From contig NC_089434.1 of NCBI RefSeq assembly GCF_026210795.1, positions 4,464,001 through 4,528,000 of the forward strand: a stretch of DNA of 64,000 nt. The letters run 5' to 3'. Under the pieces are notes generated by a model, which did not search any database, was not told the origin of the DNA, and saw only the letters and a program-made list of their open reading frames with translations. Source of the DNA: Rhizophagus irregularis (lineage: Eukaryota). Below, piece by piece: positions 53,501-64,000 of this stretch. A program made the position numbers and the translations under genes. The stretch's first letter is position 1; each line of letters opens with the position of its first letter.

Positions 53501-54099
53501 CGAAATTGAGATTTGGCAAATCATCAACAAACATTCAGTGAGTAATATTGGTAAAAATATATTATAAATATTATTACAATTGAAATTGCAATTATTTGAT
53601 TCATAATTAAATCCAAACAAAAGAAAATTTCTGAATTTCCACTGAAATCCATGTCCCAGATCTGACTAAAATGAAAAAGTTGAAATGTTAGTTTCGTTAA
53701 AATTAACAAAATTAAAAAAAATATCTTCCGATTTCTCACCAAGAAAAATCTTCGTGAATTACTGAATTCACACATCCATACTCGTCTAAAAAAAAGAAAA
53801 GAACGAAATGTTAGAAACATTTCGTTAAATGAAAAAAATTAAAAAAAATATTCGTTTTCCCACCGAAATCCACATTCTACCGTCTGAAAAAAAGAAAATT
53901 TTCGAATTTTATAAGTTCAGGCATATTAAAAAAAAAAGAATAAAATTTTGAATGTTAAAATGTGTTTCGGTAGAATAAATAGACTAAGGCACTAAGCAGA
54001 CAAAGTATTACGGCATGGGATTGCGTGGTACTATTCAATATTAGATGCGTCGTAGAGCTGAATTATTAGATCTGATAAAACAGATAAGGTCTCAGAGAA

Positions 54100-55400
54100 T
54101 GATTTTCTTTACATTTAGCGCAGATATACATTAGCAAGACCTACATAATCTAATGCCTAATGGAGAAAATTCTGTAAACACAGAAACAGCCCAGGAAGCT
54201 GCCTAAAGATCTCATAGATAATCTCCATATTGCTGCATGGTTCTTTGAAAAGCGATTTAAATTTTTTTTTTTGAGAAAGTGTTAATTCTTAAATGGGGAT
54301 TAGTTGACTAGTGGTATCAACATCATCATGGTAGTGTTCATGTTCATCAGTTCATGGCATAGCCAAGCGAAAATAAGCACCAGAAATTGATTGAAAAAAT
54401 ATGAAAAATAATGATGAAATAATGGAAGTAGTAGTACATTGCTTGGATTCTTTAGTTACAACAATCAACCTATGCCAAAAGCGCTCTGAAGACCCTTAAT
54501 GATGATATGCAGGACTACGCAATATGCCTTTTATCAAAAAGATGTGATCATGAAACACCAGAAATGTGGTGCTCTCGTATTTGCTGAATTGATCGATAAT
54601 AATGGTCACCTAGAACTAACAACTGCTAGAATGATCCACTTATAAATCCATTCAATTACAGGGATGGAGGGCAAATGTTGATTTGAAGCCATCCTTACCA
54701 CATGCTGCTTTACAGTATGTTTCTAAGTATGCTAGTGAAGCAAAACCACGGTCCTTAGGGCCCTTAGCCTTTTCAGAAGTGTTGGACGAAGCTCTAATGA
54801 TAACCCAATGATCCAGCTGTTAAAGCATTTCTCATTCGCACAGTCAAAGAACGTGATTTTTCGGTGCAAGAAACTTGTCATCATCTTCAATTACCGCTCT
54901 ATCATAGTAGCCGAAATTTTGTTAGTCTAAAACTTAACAAAGAAGCGAATCGACAGCTTCGTGATAGTAATGAAAATGATGAGAACAATGGAAATAGATC
55001 TCTCACCTCTACAAAGATATCGGCCGAACTTGGGGAACTTTCATTGTTCAAATTGGATCAGCAATATAAATTAGTAAAAGGCAACTGGGTAGAATGCTCT
55101 GGTGAAAACATTGTACGTATTTAGCCACGTCCACCTCCCATTCGAAATGGTCCCCAGTGGGAGGAATTTTGTCGTATAAAAGTCCTCCTACACGTTCGTT
55201 ATAGAGACCTTCTTAGCCTCACAGAGAATCACATTCTTTCATGGATTGATCTATCAATATGATGGAAAGTCTACACGATCCGATTGGATGACGCGAATTC
55301 CAGAAAATATTCCTGAATCAGAAAGAAAAACTTCTTCAGAATTCATCAATGTTATAACAACATAGGAAGAAGTGGATAAAATAAATTTGAATATGAAACC
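54100..55400 (+). pseudogene. Helitron-like Rep domain pseudogene
   Basis: AWFFEKRF, GSVHVH (HUH motif), GWRANVDLKP, AALQYVSKYAS (YxxKY), ERDFSVQETCHHL, QWEEFCRIKVLLHVRYRD. Confidence 0.85.
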
Positions 55401-56239
55401 TCCAAGTTAAAAAAAAAATAAAAATAAATTAATTAAAATTAATTAAAAACAAATTAAAGACTCACCCTCGATATTTAAAACTGACATTGGAGATAATGGT
55501 ATATCCACGAGGAATCTTAAATGATGCAATGAAACTTTTAGATTTAGTTGCTGATAATTAAAATTGCCAGATGAAACATATCCATAAGCGTGTTCAAGTT
55601 GAAAAAAAAATACTCATCCACATTTAACCGACACACTGCCACCATGGTCCACGACACGTCGACACCACGTTATGTAGAATTTATACATGTACTTTCACGT
55701 GATTAAATATTTCAAAAGATTTTTATTTAAAAATAAAAAATAAAATAAATTCATTAAATTTATTAAATTTCTAATTTACTTAATTTGTTGATCGACTTCC
55801 CGCATACACCTATAGATTGCCTTCGTTCATGTATTTCACAATTCCTTCTCCCTCTCATACATAAAAACGATATTGTATTGGATTATAAAATTTTCCACTT
55901 CATTTCATCCCTGTTAGATCAACTAATCAACTATAACGCTTCATGTAATATGCTCAGAGCCCGCATTTGTGAGTATGGCGGCAAGCCATTTATGATATAG
56001 AAAAAAGCAATTAGAAAGAAGTAATTCGACTGCTTTTTCCTTAAATCCATGAACATTTGATTGAATTTCCATTGACATGTCTCCAGGTTGTAATTCAGGT
56101 ATAGAATCGTTCGCGAGAATCTCCTTTCATCACGTTGTCCTTTGCAGTATAACAAGAATTTGTGGATTCTGTTCATAAATGATGACAGGAAGAGATATAT
56201 AAGTAAATAAATATAAAGTATATGTGTGTGTAAGCACAT

Positions 56240-57480
56240 TTATAATTTAACCAATTAGAGAATAAATAATTCGTAGATTATAATTAAGATTATATTATAT
56301 TTACCGGTATAAATTTTACATAATCTTCAGGTGTATTAGGAACAGGTGTCTCCAAATAAAAGCATTTTTAACGGGAAATGTCCACTGGATATTTCCCATA
56401 ATAGTACACTAATGCATACTTATTGGGAAGATTGGACAAACCAAGATTTGCTAATTTAATATTTTGATGAATTAACATCATAATATTGTAGTGCTATTAT
56501 CAGATGCAATAAATAACAAATATTAAAATTATAATATAATAACAATATAACAATATAAAATAAGAAAAATAAGAATGTAAAACAAACGAAATTTACCAAA
56601 TCATCTTTCTTGACACTAAGAGTACCATCATCAGAAGTTTATTTAAAAAAAAAAAATTATTTTAGGTCTGTATATATATATATATCAAAAATATTTAAAA
56701 GAATTCATTATACCTCTCATATAGAGTCCTAATTCTTGAGGTAGAAATTCCACGCAGAAATTATAATTAACGTCAACATGATCCATGGAAGTATGGATCA
56801 TTTTCATTTTCAAATGGTCTTTCTTTTCTTTTACGATTTATTTCAGATGCTCCTATTCCTCTGATGGTTCTTATCCGCGGTATTTGCATCCAATTTATCG
56901 TTGGCTGTGAAGCTGCGGATTTGTCCATACCGCAAGAACTTTCCCTCAAGATCTAAGTACAAACCTCCATATAATCACCCTCAAATCTTGACATTAAAAG
57001 TACCGCCATCAGCGTATTCTAGCGAAGTTTATTTAAAAAAAAATTATTTTAGGTCTAAGGTAATTATATTTTGTGTATATATATATCAAAAATATTTAAA
57101 AGAATTCATTATACCTCTTATATACATTAAGAGAACCGCCATCAGCGTATTCTAACGAAGTTTATTTTTTAAAAAAATTTAAAGGTAATTATATTATGTA
57201 TATATCTATATCAAAAATATTTAAAAGAATTCATTATACCTCTTATATATCACAAATCTTGACACTAAGAGTACCGCCCGCAATCAGCGTATTCTAACGA
57301 AATTTATTTAAAAAAAATAAAAATATATTAGGTAATTATATTATGTATATATATATATATCAAAAAATATTTATTATACCTCTTATATTGGCGTAAAATA
57401 TAACAAGTTCAGCGGCAAATGCACTTGTTGTTCATACCTCTCTACTTTGAGGAGGACAAAGTGTTCTCTTTCTCTCCCTC
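56240..57480 (-). pseudogene. Tyrosine-kinase-like kinase pseudogene with tandemly amplified intron+exon unit
   Basis: LEYADGGT (repeated), LIHQNIKLANLGLS, VLLWEISSG, ETPVPNTPEDYVK followed by an intron donor. Confidence 0.75.
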
Positions 57481-57819
57481 CGAATCTCTAAGTACAGTCA
57501 AACCTCCATATAATCACCCAGGTTGGTGTTTAGCATAGGCCGATTCCGAAATTGCAAAAGGAATTGAAGCTGAAATATTATTATGCAGAATGCTGGACTT
57601 ATAAATGGGGTAAGACAATAACAGATATTTTATATAAAAAGAAGCCTCCTTTACCTGCAGTTATTTTAGTTTAGACGTATGTGGGAAAGCAAAACCGGAA
57701 GTTGCTCTCGCTTGCAATTTCCATTTTCTCTTGCGTGGGCCAAGGTCTGACTTTACCAAAAGCAGTAATAGACCTTGAGAACCAAATTTTTATCAATTCG
57801 ACTAATGCATAACAATAAA

Positions 57820-58437
57820 CAGTCAAAGCTCGTTATAGTGAACCCTCGGTTCCAACTTACTTACAACCATTTTCGTTCACTATAACGAATTCACAAAAAC
57901 GAAAGATTTCTTTATAGTGAACCTTATATTAATACAATAAAAAGTTTCTTTTAACAAAAGTATTTAATTTTTGATTTTAAAGCCTTTAAGAATTTCCAAT
58001 TCTGTGTATATTTAGACCAATGAATTATTTATAATTTCTTTATCTGATAATAGTTCTATTGGCATTTCATAGTATGATCTTGTAAATTTAATTCCTTATA
58101 CATATAATATCAATAATAAAGTGGAATACCAATCCTAATTTTGTGTTTAAAGTGATTCGTGAACAATATACCTAATGATTTCACATGATATTCACTAAAC
58201 GAATATAAACTTTATAATATACGTTCTATATAAAATTTTTAAAAAGTTTACTATATCACCTCCATCCCAAAACTCCGTATTTGGCCCGCCTGAAATTTAT
58301 GTATTCGACTAAAGGCTCCAGTCTAAGTAAGTTTACTATAACGAATAAGATTTATTAGTAAGTGAACCGGGGGAATAAAAAAAGTTCACTATAAGCAAAT
58401 TTACCATAACGAGCTTCACTATAACGAGCGTTGACTG
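57820..58437. mobile_element. pogo/Tigger-like MITE (618 bp)
   Basis: cagtcaaagctcgttatagtgaa / ttcactataacgagcgttgactg|ta; the left flank is aa rather than ta. Confidence 0.85.
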
Positions 58438-58506
58438 TAGAAAGTCCTTCACATAATTACTGTAATTCCATTGATTTGAGATATATATTTCCATAGGAAA
58501 AGTACT

Positions 58507-59540
58507 GCTATCTGAGACCAGGATCTACAAATAAATTCTTAGCCAATCGGCGTTCCTTTGTTAGCCAACTTCCGCCTGCTTTTAAAGCTTTTCACAAGGA
58601 CGCAAGAATGTAAAGAAGAAATATCATCTTGTAATTCGAGCATAATCAATATAAGAATATCTGCATAAAGTTGAACCATAGCTATGATGAAAAGAAGAAT
58701 AAATAGTATGAATGATTATTATGTATGAATGAATAGTATGTATAAACGATTGAATAGAATGAAAAAAATTATAAATGTCAAAAACAACAAAATACATATA
58801 AAAAAAAAAATTCTTATTGTTACCAAATATGTTAATTTAGATGTCTGGTGGTTTGACTAATACAATGATTATTATAGATTTGCTATGTTCCGATTTCCGA
58901 TTTATATTGGCAAATTCCGAGTCGGCCGTTAGGTGTGAAAGGTATGGCTATCCGAGACCAGGATCTATTCACAAGGACGCAAGAATGTAAAGATGAAATA
59001 TCATCTTGTAATTCGAGCATAACCAATAAAGAATATCTGCGTAAAGTTGAACCATAGCTATGATGAAAAGAAGAATAAATAGTATAAATGATTATTATGT
59101 ATGAATGAGCAGTATGTATAAACGATTGAATATAATGAAAAAAATTATAAATGTCAAAACAACAAAATACGTATAAAAAAAAAAGTTCTTATTGTTACCA
59201 AATATGTTAATTTAGATGTCTGGTGGTTTGACTAATACAATGATTATGATAGATTTGCTATGTTCCGATTTCCGATTTATATTGGCAAATTCTGAGTTGG
59301 CCGTTAGGTGTGAAAGGTATGGCTATCCGAGACCAGGATCTATTTACAAGGATGCAAGAATGTAAAGATGAAATATCATCTTGTAATTCGAGCATAATCA
59401 ATAAGAGAATATCTGCATAAAGTTGAACCATAGCTATGATGAAAAGAAGAATAAATAGTATGAATGATTATTATGTATGAATGAATAGTATGTACAAACG
59501 ATTGAATAGAATAAAAAAAATTATAAATGTCAAAACTAAC

Positions 59541-59572
<32 letters not shown>

Positions 59573-59705
59573 AAAAAAAAGTTCTTATTGTTACCAAATA
59601 TATTAATTAGATGTCTGGTGGTTTGACTAATACAATGATTATTATAGATTTGCTATGTTCCGATTTCCGATTTATGTTGGCAAATCTGAGTCGGCCGTTA
59701 GGTGT
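58507..59705 (-). repeat. Tandem triplication (376-bp period) of an upstream region plus F-box start
   Basis: Start codons (cat on +) at 58677, 59053 and 59429, each beginning MVQLYADIL...LELQDDISSLHSC.LV.RSWS. Confidence 0.9.
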
Positions 59706-59823
59706 AATTGTATCGGAAATCAAAGCTGTATCAAATCAATTGTTAAAATTTTATCATGCATAAATCAAAGATTCCGACTATGTAATAGATCACAGAAATA
59801 GTGTATACCCTATTTAGAAAGTA

Positions 59824-60320
59824 CAGCCAGCCCTCGATATAACGAAGTAGGCGTCCGGGCTGGTCAGGCCTTCGTTATGAGAAAATTCGTTAATGCTATA
59901 ACGAATTATTCGGTATAGCAAAAAAATTTGGTATAATGCAGTAAAATAGAGGAAAATCAAACCATTTGTAGAACGTGGCAAAGGAAACTTCGAAACATAA
60001 ATCATCCATCTTTTGATAAATTGAATTAAAAGTGGTAAATTGCTTATTTGAGAAAAATTCTATAAAACCAGCATCAAACTGCCCTTTATATTAAAATTTA
60101 TCTTGCAAAAATCTGTCATATTAAACGTTTAAAAAGAAATTCGTTATAAAAGGGGTCACTTACATCCGTGAATTTATAAGTTTTTCTTCGTTCAACGTTA
60201 TACTGCATTTTATTAGTAAAATTCGGTGTAACAATTTTTTTTTCACATGATTAAATGCGTACCACAATAAAGATTTGAAATTCGTTATATCAAAATTCGC
60301 TATAGAAAGGGAAATCACAT
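59824..60320. mobile_element. pogo-like element left end, right end unclear
   Basis: ta|cagccagccctcgatataacgaa and repeated aattcgttata motifs. Confidence 0.45.
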
Positions 60321-61200
60321 TGAATAACTTTTTCATTTTCTTTAATCTCTTTTAAAGACATTTGATTCAAAAGATATTTGCTTTCTGTGTAATGACGTTG
60401 AAGATCTTTATTCAACACATCACTTTTTAATATATTAATAATATCGAGAAAATTATTTTTCATGAAATTATACCTTCTTTATTATACTAACAAAGTGTAA
60501 ATTATAGCTCAAGCATCAAAACCGCGTGATTGTTATTCATGTTGCTCTTACTGTTCATACCCAGTGATGAATTCTTAACAGTATGACATCGTCAATTATC
60601 ATTAAATGACTTGGGTTTCTTTTTATGTGATTGTTATATCCGATTTTTCCTATGAATCTTCTTTGTATATTTTTTTTTCTTCTACATTAGAACATCTTCC
60701 TTTGAATAACAATTTTTTTTTTATCATTATGCCCTCACTAGTCAATGCATCAATTCTTTTTCTTTTAGTTTGCAATCAATATCGAACAAAGGACGAAATT
60801 GATTCATTATCTGCTGGGGACGCTGCCAATGATAAATATTAATTCGATGAACTTTGAATTTTTTTAAAAAAATTAATATAAAATTCTTATCATTTAGACT
60901 TTCTAAATTTTTCACGATTGTTTATATCTTCAGCCAAAAAATATGCTTTTCGAACTGAACACGCTAACAAAGTAGTAAATCCAATGTATAAGCCGAAATC
61001 TAAGCAACACCGATATTACAGTTTGAGAATCCTTACAGTTATGATAATGTATCATGTGCGTTATTTATATATCTTGTGGAGCGTTAAATCAGTAATCAAC
61101 AGTGACTGTTGTTTTTATTTTAAAATAACTTCCTTTCTTTTAATTTACAGATTTACTTTTTCAAATCCTATGGAGATCTTTTTGCCACCTTGGTTGTAAG

Positions 61201-61796
61201 AACAGGGCGGACATCCTCATATTATCACATTTTTGCAGATCATTTTGCCGATCATTTGTTAATTATCTATTCGATATTATCACTATTATGGGTTTTTTTG
61301 CAAATTCTGTTATACATAAAACTAAAATAATTTGAATTGATCATCTTGAGGGTCAAAATGGTCAAAATTAGCCAAAATTACATCATATAATTAGAAAAAT
61401 TAAAAGTAATTTGATGATACTGCAGCAGCCAGTGATCAGAATTTAATGTTTTATGGCTTGTTGAATTCGTCAAATCAAGACGAACATTTTGATTATAAGT
61501 TCATAAATATTTACACAAAATTGATTGAGAAATGATATTTTAAAAACTTCTATTTATTATATAAATTATAACAATATGATTGCCAGTATAATTTCGGCCA
61601 TAACTTTTGTGTTACCTAAAATTTTACTGTGTTACTTTGGCCATTAATTCTAAAGCTGTTAATCTATAACCCATAAAAGTTTCAAGTTTCGCCCGAACTT
61701 CTGTGGCTTCGCCCGAAGCCTTAAAGTCTGATATCACCAAATTACTATATGATCGGCAAATGATCGGCAAGGTGATATAAGGATGTCCACCCTGTT
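61201..61796. mobile_element. Mutator-like (MULE) non-autonomous element, 9-bp TSD
   Basis: TIR aacagggcggacatcct / aggatgtccaccctgtt plus ttgccgatca / tgatcggcaa; TSD ggttgtaag at 61192-61200 and 61797-61805. Confidence 0.9.
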
Positions 61797-63463
61797 GGTT
61801 GTAAGTGGTATATCACGCATGGGTAGATTACTAGATTGCTTTATCTCTATATGATCTGCTTTTTAGAATTTCTGGTCCAATTCTCGATAATTTTATAGGT
61901 CTTAACAATAAATACAATTTTTTATGAAAAACGTTTTATTATAATATATAACAGATTTATTCTTTTACATATTTTTTAATATGAATAAAATTCTGGGTTT
62001 AATATTTAGTTCATATTTTTTCTTTTTTTTTGATGTTAATATTTGCTTCTAAAAATCCTATGTATATTCATCGAAGTCAGACTTTACTCATATTGATCTA
62101 ATGATAAATTTATTCCAAAAAAAAATAAAAAAATACAAGTAAAATTAAAAAAAAAAATCATTTATCGTCATGAGAAAAAAAAGATGAAGAAAATCGGAGA
62201 GGAAAGAAAACAGAAAATTTAATTAAAAGAAAATTTAATGTAGGTGAGCGGAACGCGCCGCAAAAATATAGTGCCTTTAAAATGCACGCAGAAGCCTTTT
62301 CGTATTCCTCGTGATATTTCGAATCCATAAGACTACAGTATTGTAAAAGGCAAAACCCCAAAGTGTGTTGAAAGAATTTCTGAATATTCTAACAAAAGAA
62401 AAAGAAGCCATTGATCTTTTAGTAAATAATTTTTTATCAAATTACCATGAAAGACGACATTTCAAAAGAAAAAGAAGTCATTGATAGTAAATAATTTTTT
62501 ATCACAAATTACCTTGAAGGATCATAAGATTTTTATAGGCGCGAGTTCCGCCCGCCAACATTAGATCTTTTTTTAATTGTGCCTTCCGGTTTCTTTCTTC
62601 TCCGATTTCCTTCGTCTTCCTTCTCCCGATTACTACGCGGTGAATGCGATGCCTCGTTCATTCAAGGACTAACATTTGATTCTTTGCCGGATGATGCATT
62701 TATTACAATAAAGCAATCTAAAACGATTCATAATATCGCATTGTTCGTTTAATTTAATTATGATTTAAATAATCGTTTTTTTCCAAGTATAGGTTCCGAA
62801 GTAATAAATATGATGATGTTCCAATTATTCGACCAACAATTAATGACAACATCGGTAATAAGCTTAGCAATTGGTACGATGTTTACGTGATCTTGAATTT
62901 CACGAAATAAGGCATGAAACATGTGCATTACACTCTTGTTCCTATCAGTAATGTCACAGCTTTATTAAAATTGTTATTGCGTCTCGACCAAGTTCAGAAA
63001 AGGTAATTGAATGATCCTTTTCCAAAGAGATATTATAGTATTCATCACTAACATTATTCCCATTCCCATTTCGAATAGACAAGTTTCGTAATTTACTCTC
63101 AAAGGTTGACATAATAACTTTCGATTCAGTTTCATTGGTTAGTCTGTTGTCACAAAACTCTTTGATTACGATAGATTTTGTACATTCGATTAATTTACGA
63201 CATTTCAAAAGAAAAGGAAGTCATTGATGGTAAATAATTTTTTATCATAAATTACCTTAGGAGTATACAATTTAATGACGCATTTGTAGCAACAGATTCT
63301 GTAAAGTGATAAAAAGAATTATCTTTGGTATATCAACAGAAATACATGATTGCTGTTACATTTAGATGCATTCTAGAGGGACGACCAAGACCTCTATTTA
63401 TATACAAAATTGCAACGGAGTACATGCATTGTGGCTCAGCAAAAATCTTTCGATGATTAGCGT

Positions 63464-63632
63464 ATGGTGATTTACTGAATTAGGACCGTGTTTCATGTTT
63501 TCGTGTTTTGTTGTGAAGAATTTTAGATTGTTTTGTTGTGAACGATTTACTGAATTAGGATCGTGTTTCGTATTAAGTGAATCAAAAAATTCTTCGCAAC
63601 AAAACACGATCCTAATTCAGTAAATCACCATA
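63464..63632. mobile_element. Small TIR element or fold-back
   Basis: tatggtgatttactgaattagga.cgtgttt at 63464, a second direct copy at about 63544, and an inverted copy ending at 63632. Confidence 0.65.
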
Positions 63633-64000
63633 AATACTTTGTAACACATGTAATAACAAATTGCGCGACGTGAGGCGTATGCAACTTTTTTAATTAAAAA
63701 AAACGTAGTACTAAACGTAAAAAATAATATTAATAAAAAAATTCAATCATAAATTAATAATTATGATCTGGATAGAACAGGATAGAACCGTTATCCGGAT
63801 ATCGTAATTGTTGCGCCACTACTATAATGGTGCAATCATCCGGATATCCGAGAAAATAAAATTATCCGATTGAAAATTTCCAGCCTTTTTTTTTTATTTC
63901 TTGTTGATATTCACGCATTGACATTATCCATATGGTCGGCTTTTTATTTTTCTCAGAAGCAAAAAAGCCTCTAATAAGGTAAATTCAAGAATTCTTATTG

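Noticed and set aside
58528..58590. 63-bp insert as a newly gained intron
   Set aside because: The available GT...AG would also remove 8 original coding bases and shift the frame.
60560..63210. Coding-like minus-strand relics
   Set aside because: Fragmented, with no motif I can assign to a family.
1..64000. tRNA, rRNA or prokaryotic/endosymbiont operons
   Set aside because: No recognisable signatures seen by eye; tRNAscan-SE and Infernal were not run.

Overview
Very AT-rich, intron-containing eukaryotic DNA. The decayed gene families (F-box, BTB, tyrosine-kinase-like kinases, several Argonautes) suggest a Glomeromycotina arbuscular mycorrhizal fungus such as Rhizophagus; this is inference, not a database result. 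I found no confidently intact host gene. The window is a transposon and pseudogene graveyard. Mobile elements: a near-intact Tc1 (DD34E) element with one frameshift, a young 5'-truncated LINE with poly-A and 15-bp TSD plus two older LINE tails, decayed hAT, pogo and Helitron coding regions, a self-nested solo-LTR-like element, and many non-autonomous TIR elements whose TSDs can be read directly (8-bp hAT, 9-bp MULE, 4-bp Sola/Ginger-like, TA Tc1/pogo, and a CCC...GGG family with 3-bp TSDs). Host-gene relics: two Argonaute pseudogenes, two kinase pseudogenes and F-box fragments. The most unusual signal is that elements with three different terminal types carry tandem arrays of 20-46 nt micro-exons separated by repeated short introns, and a fourth carries an array of 3' splice acceptors. 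A dispersed family of small intron-containing genes that I cannot assign (motif CVI..xLEQIY..SL) is also present. All alignments and coordinates were done by eye.
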